From a bacterium (lineage in GTDB: Bacteria; CALINM01): DNA of 16,753 nucleotides. The translations under genes and the position numbers were made by a program. Positions 9,259 through 16,524 of this stretch are shown one piece after another (the first letter of the stretch is position 1; every line of letters begins with the position of its first letter). Under the pieces are notes generated by a model. It was not told where the DNA came from. It was given only the letters and a program-made list of their open reading frames with translations, and did not search any database. The stretch lies in contig JBEQAF010000044.1 in assembly GCA_041640455.1 (NCBI GenBank), positions 1 through 16,753 on the forward strand. Direction: 5' to 3'.

Positions 9259-10305
9259 CTAATTCCTTGACACACTGGCATCTTCAAAGGTTGCCATCTC
9301 AAGATACATCTTCTGAGCTGCTTCTATGATAAAAAAGGCAAGCGCGGAGCCTGTCCCTTCGCCAAGTCTCATATCCAGATCGAAGATGGGCTTTTCCTTA
9401 ATAAAATCAAAAAATACCCTATGTCCTCTTTCCTGCGAGTTATGGGCAAAAAATACATAGTCTTTTACGTTTTCATTCAACAGAAAGGCAAGTAAATATC
9501 CTGCCGATGAGATAAAGCCATCAACCACTACAGGGATCTTCCTTGAAGCACCGTATAAAATGAATCCACAGATTGCCCCAATCTCAAATCCGCCCACCTT
9601 GCTTAATATGTCAAGAGCATCTTTTTTATCAGGCTTATGCAGTTTTAGAGCCTGCTCCACTATCTCAATCTTTCTCGCAACTCCAGTGTCATCCAGACCT
9701 GTTCCTCTACCAACAAGATCTTTCGTATCCGCATCAATAATAGCTTTCATTATAGCGCTGCTTGCGGTGGTATTTCCTATCCCCATATCCCCGGTGGCAA
9801 TAAGATTATACCCCATCTCTATCACCTGTCGAGCCACTTCCATACCTGCCTCAACTGCCCTCTTTGCTTCCTCCAGGCTCATGGCTCTTTCCTTTGAAAA
9901 ATCTCTGGTACCCATTCCTACCTTTTTGGAGATTATAGGAAGGTCAGGGGGAAATTTATAATCAACACCCGCATCACAAACAAACACATGGGCTCCGACA
10001 TGCCTTGAAAAAACATTTATAGCTGCCCCTCCATTGAGAAAATTAAAAACCATCTGATAGGTTACCTCTTTGGGATAGGCACTTACCCGCTGTGCAGTGA
10101 CGCCATGGTCTCCTGCAAATACAACGACAGATTTTTTCAAACTGATTGGCATACTACCGGCGTTTATTACGAATAGTTTGGCGGCAATCTCTTCGAGCCT
10201 TCCCAGACTTTTTGGCGGCTTGGTAAGATTGTCAATCCTTTTGTATGCCTCCCTGATAAGGTTTTTGTCGGTTGGGACAATTTTTTTTATAACCTGCTCC
10301 AGCAT
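9259..10305 (-). CDS. cobT: Canonical bacterial nicotinate-nucleotide:dimethylbenzimidazole phosphoribosyltransferase
   Basis: Motifs LTKPPKSLGRLE, FAGDHGV, GGAAINV, GDMGIGNTT, GRGTG, VGGFEI, VDGFI and MRLGEGTG (catalytic Glu). SD AGGAG upstream. Confidence 0.96.
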   Translation of the reverse strand: MLEQVIKKIVPTDKNLIREAYKRIDNLTKPPKSLGRLEEIAAKLFVINAGSMPISLKKSVVVFAGDHGVTAQRVSAYPKEVTYQMVFNFLNGGAAINVFSRHVGAHVFVCDAGVDYKFPPDLPIISKKVGMGTRDFSKERAMSLEEAKRAVEAGMEVARQVIEMGYNLIATGDMGIGNTTASSAIMKAIIDADTKDLVGRGTGLDDTGVARKIEIVEQALKLHKPDKKDALDILSKVGGFEIGAICGFILYGASRKIPVVVDGFISSAGYLLAFLLNENVKDYVFFAHNSQERGHRVFFDFIKEKPIFDLDMRLGEGTGSALAFFIIEAAQKMYLEMATFEDASVSRN

Positions 10306-10312
10306 ATCTCTC

Positions 10313-10816
10313 CTACTTTATCTTTAATTTTAATCCAGAAATAACGAAAAAAACTTCATCAGATATCTGGGCTATCAGTCTATTTGCCCAGCCAGAAAAA
10401 TCTGCAAACTCTCTTGCCAGACTGTTTGCCGGGACTCCTCCCAGCCCCACCTCATTGGTTACCATAATCAGGTTCCCTTCAAATTTCTTTACTTCTTCTA
10501 AAAATTCCAGAAATCTTTTTTCCCGTTCTGCCTTTTCAGGGATATAGTAAAAAATATTATTATAAAAATGGGTAAGACATTCAATCAGTATAACATTACA
10601 GTTTTTATCAAAAAACCGCTCGGGGTAAAGCGGCTCTTCTTTTGTTTCATACAGGGTGCCTCTTCTTTTTCTATGTCTGTCAATCCTTTTTAGAGTCTCG
10701 TTGTCTTTTATATCAGAAGTGGCAAGATAAACCCTCGGTTCAGAAAAAGATAGTGCAAGCTTTTCAGCTTCTTCACTCTTACCCGAACTGATACCGCCTG
10801 TAAAAAGCACCTTCAT
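10313..10816 (-). CDS. cobU: Bifunctional adenosylcobinamide kinase / adenosylcobinamide-phosphate guanylyltransferase
   Basis: P-loop GGISSGKS..AE, YLAT, RIDRHRKRR, IECLT and VTNEVGLG..P. TAATG overlap with the upstream cobO. Confidence 0.93.
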   Translation of the reverse strand: MKVLFTGGISSGKSEEAEKLALSFSEPRVYLATSDIKDNETLKRIDRHRKRRGTLYETKEEPLYPERFFDKNCNVILIECLTHFYNNIFYYIPEKAEREKRFLEFLEEVKKFEGNLIMVTNEVGLGGVPANSLAREFADFSGWANRLIAQISDEVFFVISGLKLKIK

Positions 10817-11346
10817 TAAAACTCAATCCCCTTTCTTGCCTGAACCCCCTTTTCATAGGGATGCTTAATCATCCTCATCTCTGTCACATAATCTGCTATC
10901 TCTATTATCTCTGGTATGGCATCTCTACCTGTAATTACCACCTCAAGTTTTTGAGGCCTGTTTCTCAGAAAATTAATCACATGATCCTTGTCAATGAGAT
11001 CATATTTAAGACAGATGTTCAGCTCGTCAAAAACCACAAGGTCATAATCCTCCTGTATGATTTTTTCAACGGCACGGTCAAAGCTTTCCCTGACAGATCT
11101 TTTAAGCTCCTCAATGGTCACATTTTTATCAAAAAGCGGCGATTTGTTTTCAAACCTTATATAGGTGAGATCTGGAAATGCCTTTTTAAAGCTTTTCATC
11201 TCTCCATATTCAATTTTACTGTCTTTGAGAAAAGAAAAAATAGCTACCTTTTTTTTATGTCCCAGTGCTCTTACTACCAGCCCGAATGATGCGGTAGATT
11301 TCCCCTTTCCCTCCCCAGTATAAACATGAACTAATCCTTTTTTCAC
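10816..11346 (-). CDS. cobO: ATP:corrinoid adenosyltransferase (CobA/CobO/BtuR family)
   Basis: Motifs VHVYTGEGKGKSTA.FG, DLVVFDE, VVITGR, ADYVTEM and KHPY..G..ARKGIEF. GTG start with AGGAGG SD. Confidence 0.94.
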   Translation of the reverse strand: MKKGLVHVYTGEGKGKSTASFGLVVRALGHKKKVAIFSFLKDSKIEYGEMKSFKKAFPDLTYIRFENKSPLFDKNVTIEELKRSVRESFDRAVEKIIQEDYDLVVFDELNICLKYDLIDKDHVINFLRNRPQKLEVVITGRDAIPEIIEIADYVTEMRMIKHPYEKGVQARKGIEF

Positions 11347-11358
11347 AAAAACCTCCTG

Positions 11359-11973
11359 TCAGAAATCCTTATTTAAAGAATTTTCAAGATGACTTGTCAG
11401 ATTTAAATATTCCAACCTGTAATCATTCTGTTTATTTATCAGTGAGACCGATGCCGTGTCAATCTTAATCTTCCAGAACCGACTAAGTGGTAATCCAAGA
11501 ACATTCATAATAATAATTTTGCAGATTACCCGATGGGAGACCAGAGCTACATTTCTGTAACCTTTCAGGCTGTTTAAAAATCTGCTTACCCTCTTTCTGA
11601 TATCTTTTAAGGTTTCTGCATCTTTTACCTTCCAGTTCTCTGGGTGATCTTTCCAGACGCCAAACTGGACTGGAAATTTTTCTTCTACTTCTTTAAGAGT
11701 CAACCCCTCCCAGATGCCAAAGTTCATATCAATAAGATCATGGGAAGTAATTATTTCCATATTCTTTTTATGTTTCAAAATGGATTCAGCAGTCTGAACA
11801 GCTCTTTTTAAAGGGCTTGAAAATATAACTTCAATCTCATTACCTGCAAGAAAAATGGCTGTTTTTTCTGCCTGTTCAAGACCATTTTTATTTAGAGGCA
11901 CATCTTTTCTACCTCTAAATATCTCCTCCCTGTTCCATTGAGTCTCTCCATGTCTTATTACATAAATGTTCAT
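11359..11973 (-). CDS. Histidine phosphatase (phosphoglycerate mutase-like superfamily), first gene of the cob operon
   Basis: Motifs VIRHGETQWN, SSPLKRA.QTA, FGIWEG and VSH; 12 nt upstream of cobO. Substrate cannot be assigned from sequence. Confidence 0.85.
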   Translation of the reverse strand: MNIYVIRHGETQWNREEIFRGRKDVPLNKNGLEQAEKTAIFLAGNEIEVIFSSPLKRAVQTAESILKHKKNMEIITSHDLIDMNFGIWEGLTLKEVEEKFPVQFGVWKDHPENWKVKDAETLKDIRKRVSRFLNSLKGYRNVALVSHRVICKIIIMNVLGLPLSRFWKIKIDTASVSLINKQNDYRLEYLNLTSHLENSLNKDF

Positions 11974-11980
11974 GGCTGTA

Positions 11981-11986
11981 ATTATA
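11981..11986 (-). promoter_or_regulatory. Putative -10 element of the cob operon (probably leaderless)
   Basis: Perfect TATAAT on the minus strand with 7 nt between it and ATG 11973; no SD and no good -35. Confidence 0.5.
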
Positions 11987-12215
11987 ACTTATAAAAAGTC
12001 AGTTGGTATATACATAATTGCCAGTCTGAAAAGGTTTAAGTAATATTTTAAACATTTCAGCATGAGTACCATTCTTTTTTGCAATATTTCCAGATAATAC
12101 TATAATACAGGCTGTGTATGAAAAATTGCCACCATTTTCTTAAAAACCTACTCACCAGCTTTTTTACCTAAAACTGGTTAATATGTCTATACCTATCTGG
12201 TATAACTTATAAAAA
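11983..12215. repeat. 15-nt exact direct repeat TATAACTTATAAAAA (11983-11997 and 12201-12215) enclosing a 21-bp imperfect inverted repeat (12005-12025 and 12173-12193)
   Basis: Read directly from the sequence. The repeat core TATAA-C-TTATA is palindromic; the inner arms match at 17 of 21 positions. Confidence 0.7.
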
Positions 12216-12220
12216 AAAAT

Positions 12221-12247
12221 TTGACATAAAAACTTTTTTTGTATACT
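12221..12247 (+). promoter_or_regulatory. Putative promoter for the HDAC-family gene
   Basis: TTGACA (12221-12226), 15-nt spacer, TATACT (12242-12247); upstream A9 tract; 8 nt to ATG 12256. The spacer is shorter than canonical. Confidence 0.5.
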
Positions 12248-12255
12248 AATTTATT

Positions 12256-13176
12256 ATGAAAACTGGCTTTGTCTATGATGAGATTTATCTTTCCCACGAG
12301 ACACCATCCTTCCATCCCGAATCTCCTAAACGGCTCATAGCTATACTGGATGCACTGGATAAGGAAAAATCATTAAAAGAAAAACTGATATCTTTAAAAC
12401 CACGTAAGGCAGAGAAGAAGGATCTGATAACTACCCATACTGAAAATTACATAGATCAGATTTTTCAGTCCAGAGCTGGCTATCTTGATAGCGACACATT
12501 TATGTCAAAGGGCTCTCTTGATGCGGCTCTATACGCTGTGGGAGCTCTATTAACTGCCGTTGATAATGTCAAGGATAGAAATATTGATGGTGCATTCTGT
12601 GCCGTAAGACCTCCTGGACATCATGCAGAAAAGGATATGGCTATGGGGTTCTGCATTTTTAACAACGTAGCGGTTGGCGCAAATTATGCCTTATCTCAGG
12701 GGTACAAAAGGGTTTTTATCGTTGATTTTGATGTGCATCATGGTAACGGTACCCAGCATATATTTTATGACAGAGATGATGTATTCTATTTCAGCAGTCA
12801 TCAGTATCCCCATTATCCGGGCACCGGCAGATACACAGAAAAGGGTAAAGGTAAAGGAGAGGGATTTACTTACAACGTTCCGCTTGCTGCTTATGCAGGA
12901 GACAGTGAGTTTCTTGAGATTTATACGAGAACCTTGCCGGAGCTGGTAAAAAACTTCGACCCGGATATAATCTTTGTTTCAGCCGGCTATGACATAAGAG
13001 ATATGGATCCATTATCTTCTTTAAGAGTGACCGGTAAGGGGATTGAGATAATTGTAAGAGGTATTCTATCCTGCAAAAAAGGGATCCCCCACATATTTAG
13101 TCTTGAAGGGGGATATAATCTATCTGCTCTGGCTGAATCGGTGATTATAACTCTTAAAACCATGCTGGCGGCTTAG
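12256..13176 (+). CDS. Zn-dependent histone deacetylase-family amidohydrolase
   Basis: Motifs HPESPKRL, RPPGHHA, GFCIFNNVA, DFDVHHGNGTQ, YPGTG, SAGYD....DPL and LEGGY. Confidence 0.94.
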   Translation: MKTGFVYDEIYLSHETPSFHPESPKRLIAILDALDKEKSLKEKLISLKPRKAEKKDLITTHTENYIDQIFQSRAGYLDSDTFMSKGSLDAALYAVGALLTAVDNVKDRNIDGAFCAVRPPGHHAEKDMAMGFCIFNNVAVGANYALSQGYKRVFIVDFDVHHGNGTQHIFYDRDDVFYFSSHQYPHYPGTGRYTEKGKGKGEGFTYNVPLAAYAGDSEFLEIYTRTLPELVKNFDPDIIFVSAGYDIRDMDPLSSLRVTGKGIEIIVRGILSCKKGIPHIFSLEGGYNLSALAESVIITLKTMLAA

Positions 13177-13179
13177 CAG

Positions 13180-14265
13180 TTATACATTAAATCGAAAATA
13201 AACAATATCACCATCTTTAATCTCATAATCTTTACCTTCAAGATGATAAAGACCAAGCTCCCTTGCCTTAACTTCTGAACCTGCCATGATCAGATCATCA
13301 AAATGAATTACTTCGGCTCTAATAAACCCTTTCTCCATATCGGTATGGATCTTACCCGCTGCCTTGATAGCTCTGGTTCCCCTCTCAATAGTCCATGCTT
13401 TAAGTTCTCTTCTTGCTGTGGTAAAAAATGTTATAAGATTTAAAAGGTCGTAGCCAGCCCTGATTATTTTGTGAATGGCATCTTCTTCAATATTATAGGA
13501 TTTAAGCATCTCCATACGCTCTTCTTCTGAGAGGGCATTAATCTCTTCCTCCAGTTTACCACAGATCACACATACCCCTGAACCATCCTTTTTGGCATAT
13601 TCCTTTAATGGAGGCAGATATCTCATCTGTTCAAGCTCTTTTTCATCCACATTGGCAATATAAAAAGTGGGCTTTAGCATTATAAGGTTTAGTTCTCTTA
13701 CAAATCTTTTTTCCTCCTCATTAAGCCCCTTTATAAACTCCCTGTTTTTTCTACCTTCCACAACGGTTTCTATCTCTTTTAATAGTTCAAGCTGTTTTTT
13801 TGCTTCTGGCGTATGTGTCTTTACCAGCTTTTCTACCCTTCTTTCAATTATCTCCAGATCAGCGAGGGCAAGCTCGGTTTTGATTATCTCAATATCTCTG
13901 ATCGGGTCAACAGAGCCCTCCACGTGTACAATATCTGGACTGTCAAAGCATCTAACCACATGAGCAATCCCGTCCACTTCTCTGATATGGGAAAGGAATT
14001 TATTTCCCAGCCCCTCTCCCTTGTTTGCACCTTTAACAAGCCCTGCAATATCTATAAAAGTTATGGTGGTGGGTAGATAGGATTCAACCTTTATAATCTC
14101 CTTTATCCTGTCAAGCCTTTCATCTTTCACCGGCACAACCCCCCTGTTGGGCTCTATGGTGCAGAAGGGGTAGTTTGAAGCTTCAGCGCAGATGCTTGTT
14201 ATGGCATTAAAAATTGTAGTCTTACCTACGTTGGGTAGACCTACCACACCTAATGAAAATCCCAT
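13180..14265 (-). CDS. ychF: Obg-family ATPase YchF
   Basis: Motifs GLPNVGKT, NYPFCTIEPN, DIAGLVKGA..GEGLGNKFL.HIREVD, NVDE, AAGKIHTD...GFIRAEV and FRFNV. Confidence 0.97.
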   Translation of the reverse strand: MGFSLGVVGLPNVGKTTIFNAITSICAEASNYPFCTIEPNRGVVPVKDERLDRIKEIIKVESYLPTTITFIDIAGLVKGANKGEGLGNKFLSHIREVDGIAHVVRCFDSPDIVHVEGSVDPIRDIEIIKTELALADLEIIERRVEKLVKTHTPEAKKQLELLKEIETVVEGRKNREFIKGLNEEEKRFVRELNLIMLKPTFYIANVDEKELEQMRYLPPLKEYAKKDGSGVCVICGKLEEEINALSEEERMEMLKSYNIEEDAIHKIIRAGYDLLNLITFFTTARRELKAWTIERGTRAIKAAGKIHTDMEKGFIRAEVIHFDDLIMAGSEVKARELGLYHLEGKDYEIKDGDIVYFRFNV

Positions 14266-14266
14266 A

Positions 14267-14830
14267 CTAAGTCCTATTGTATTTATTCATTGCTTTATCC
14301 GCTCCCTGGCTTATGGCAGAGATTAAACATTCTGCTGCTCTATCAACTGTCTCGTCAGTAATCTCCATCTCGGCTTTTGAGAAGGGCTGCAATACATAAT
14401 GCTCCACCATCTCTTTAATAGGTGGTTTGTCAATACCAATCTTCAGTCTGTAAAACTCAGCCGTTCCAAGCTCGGAGATAATAGATTTTATACCGTTATG
14501 ACCTCCGCTACTGCCGTTCCATCTAAGTCTTATTGCACCCAAGGGCAGATCAAGGTCGTCATGAACAATAAAGATGTTTCTACCTTCAATGTTTTTATAT
14601 CTAAGAAAGCTTCTAACTGCTGTGCCGCTTCTGTTCATAAAGGTAAGAGGCTTTATCAGAAAAAGCGGAGAGCCCTCCAGCTCCCCGCTGGCAATAAGAT
14701 AACTATCTTTTTCAGTAAATTTAATATTGAGCTTTTCCGCCAGCCTGTCGGCAACTTTAAACCCCAGATTGTGACGGGTGTTCTCGTATCTTTTACCTGG
14801 ATTTCCAAGTCCTACAATCAGATAACTCAT
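14267..14830 (-). CDS. pth: Peptidyl-tRNA hydrolase
   Basis: Motifs LIVGLGNPG..Y..TRHN.GF, KPLTFMN.SG, HDDLDL and GGHNG.KS. TAATG overlap with rplY. Confidence 0.97.
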   Translation of the reverse strand: MSYLIVGLGNPGKRYENTRHNLGFKVADRLAEKLNIKFTEKDSYLIASGELEGSPLFLIKPLTFMNRSGTAVRSFLRYKNIEGRNIFIVHDDLDLPLGAIRLRWNGSSGGHNGIKSIISELGTAEFYRLKIGIDKPPIKEMVEHYVLQPFSKAEMEITDETVDRAAECLISAISQGADKAMNKYNRT

Positions 14831-15468
14831 TAATCTCTGGCAGGTTCAGCAAGACTTGCCTCTAATTTTGCTCTCTTCTCTTCTTCCGTAAGCTCCACTT
14901 CCTCTTTGGGCGCCAATACAGTAACCACAGGATTTTTTGGATCACCTATGACAGATACTCCATCAGGTAGCTTAATATCCTCAAGATGGATAGAGTCGCC
15001 TATGTTAAGACCAGATACATCAAGCTCTATAAAATCAGGTACCATATCAGGAGATGTTTTCACTTTAACCTCTATCTCCCTTCTTTCCCATTCAAGAATC
15101 CCACCTTTTGTAACACCTTCAGGTTTCCCCTTGATTTTTATTGGGATAGTCATCTTTACAGCTTCCTTTTCTGCAATCTCATAAAAATCTATATGCATAA
15201 TCTGATCAGTGAGAGGGTTTATAAACATATCCTTAATAAGCAGTTTTTTGTTTATGAGCTCACCATCACCCTCTGAAACCTGATAGTAAACTGCTTTGCC
15301 TCTGTTTTTCAACAGGCTGATTGTCTCTTTGCTATTAATCTTAACAAGAAGATTGGGGCTATTGTGTCCGTACATTACTGCGGGAATAAAACCCTCTTTT
15401 CTGACCTTTTTTACAGCCGATTTTCCCGCCTCTTTTCTCAGATACAAAGAAATAGCCTGTTTCTCCAT
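14830..15468 (-). CDS. rplY: 50S ribosomal protein L25 / general stress protein Ctc (long form)
   Basis: Motifs IPAVMYG, HIDFY, GVTKGG.L and LDVSGL.IGDSIH; conserved prs-rplY-pth order; SD GGGAGG. Confidence 0.94.
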   Translation of the reverse strand: MEKQAISLYLRKEAGKSAVKKVRKEGFIPAVMYGHNSPNLLVKINSKETISLLKNRGKAVYYQVSEGDGELINKKLLIKDMFINPLTDQIMHIDFYEIAEKEAVKMTIPIKIKGKPEGVTKGGILEWERREIEVKVKTSPDMVPDFIELDVSGLNIGDSIHLEDIKLPDGVSVIGDPKNPVVTVLAPKEEVELTEEEKRAKLEASLAEPARD

Positions 15469-15491
15469 AAAACCTCCCTTGATTTATTTAA

Positions 15492-16433
15492 TTATATAAA
15501 CAATGCGCTTAGAGAATCGCCTGCCATAATCCTTTTTATTGCCTCTCCTATCAGCCTTGAAACTGAAACTACCTTAATCTTGCTACAGCTTTTTGCTCTG
15601 TCCGATAGCGGGATTGTATCTGTTACAATAACCTCATCCAGCTCAGAGCTCTCTATTCTATCTATAGCCGGACCAGAAAATACTGGATGAGTTGCTACCG
15701 CAAGTATTCTGCGGGCTCCATTTTTTTTCAGAGCCGCTGCAGAATTAGTAAGGCTTCCTGCGGTATCTATCATGTCATCTACGATTATAGTTGTTTTGTC
15801 TTCCACATTTCCTAAAATATTCATAACCTCAGACTGATTGGGTTTTTCTCTTCTCTTATCAATTATCGCCAGCCCTGCATTTAATCTTTTTGCATAAGCC
15901 CTTGCTCTTTCCACCCCACCTGCATCGGGCGATACCATGACCACATCCCTATCCTGAAAATCCTTTAAATACTCAATAAAAATGGGGGTGGCATAGAGAT
16001 TATCCACCGGAATATCAAAAAAGCCCTGTATCTGCCCTGCGTGCAGATCAATGGTAAGTACCCTGCTTGCACCTGCTACAGTTATTAGATTAGCAACAAG
16101 CTTGGCTGTTATCGGCGCTCGAGGAGCAACCTTTCTGTCCTGCCTGGCATATCCGTAGTAGGGAATTACAGCGGCTATGGTCTTTGCTGATGCCCTTTTT
16201 AAAGCATCCATAAGTATCAGAAGCTCCATAAGATGATCGTTAACAGGTGGACAGGTTGACTGGATTACAAACACATCTCTTCCTCTCACATTTTCATCTA
16301 TCTCCACCATAGTCTCACCATCAGAAAATCTTTTAATCTTGGAAGCACAGATGGAAAGACCAAGATGGCTCGCAATCTTTTCGGCAAGATCTCTGTTGGA
16401 TGTGCCTGCCAGCAAAATGGGTAAGCTTGTCAT
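15492..16433 (-). CDS. prs: Ribose-phosphate pyrophosphokinase
   Basis: Motifs FSDGE, ELLILMDALKRASA, PYYGYARQDRK, DLHAGQIQGFF, VSPDAGGVERAR and DDMIDTAG. Confidence 0.98.
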   Translation of the reverse strand: MTSLPILLAGTSNRDLAEKIASHLGLSICASKIKRFSDGETMVEIDENVRGRDVFVIQSTCPPVNDHLMELLILMDALKRASAKTIAAVIPYYGYARQDRKVAPRAPITAKLVANLITVAGASRVLTIDLHAGQIQGFFDIPVDNLYATPIFIEYLKDFQDRDVVMVSPDAGGVERARAYAKRLNAGLAIIDKRREKPNQSEVMNILGNVEDKTTIIVDDMIDTAGSLTNSAAALKKNGARRILAVATHPVFSGPAIDRIESSELDEVIVTDTIPLSDRAKSCSKIKVVSVSRLIGEAIKRIMAGDSLSALFI

Positions 16434-16470
16434 AATAAACTCCGTCCTTAATTTTTCTTAGAGATAAAAG

Positions 16471-16497
16471 ATTATACCTTTCTAACTAAAAAGTCAA
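16471..16497 (-). promoter_or_regulatory. Putative promoter for prs-rplY-pth-ychF
   Basis: Minus-strand TTGACT (16497-16492), 15-nt spacer, TATAAT (16476-16471). Confidence 0.55.
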
Positions 16498-16499
16498 TC

Positions 16500-16521
16500 A
16501 GATGAGATGGTTAGCTCATCT
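16500..16521 (-). terminator. Small hairpin immediately after glmS (possible weak terminator)
   Basis: AGATGAG / CTCATCT form a 7-bp stem with an 8-nt loop, 3 nt past the glmS stop. No U-tract directly follows the stem. Confidence 0.3.
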
Positions 16522-16524
16522 CCT

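Noticed and set aside
11974..12255. Cobalamin riboswitch upstream of the cob operon
   Set aside because: No recognisable GGGAA, GCCACTG or B12-box elements on the minus strand; the region is very AT-rich and the -10 sits next to the ATG. An Rfam scan would settle it.
12256..13176. Deacetylase as a CobB-like substitute for CobT
   Set aside because: CobB is an NAD-dependent sirtuin; this protein has Zn-dependent HDAC-fold motifs, so the known CobB/CobT link does not apply.
3039..15690. Overlapping shadow ORFs in the track (e.g. 4294-4785, 8475-8687, 9560-9961, 10861-11289, 12674-12949, 14399-14833, 15364-15690)
   Set aside because: They lie antisense or out of frame over confidently identified genes and show no recognisable motifs.
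16434..16524. tRNA upstream of prs
   Set aside because: No cloverleaf or T-loop GTTC motif; the space is taken by a hairpin, promoter and RBS.
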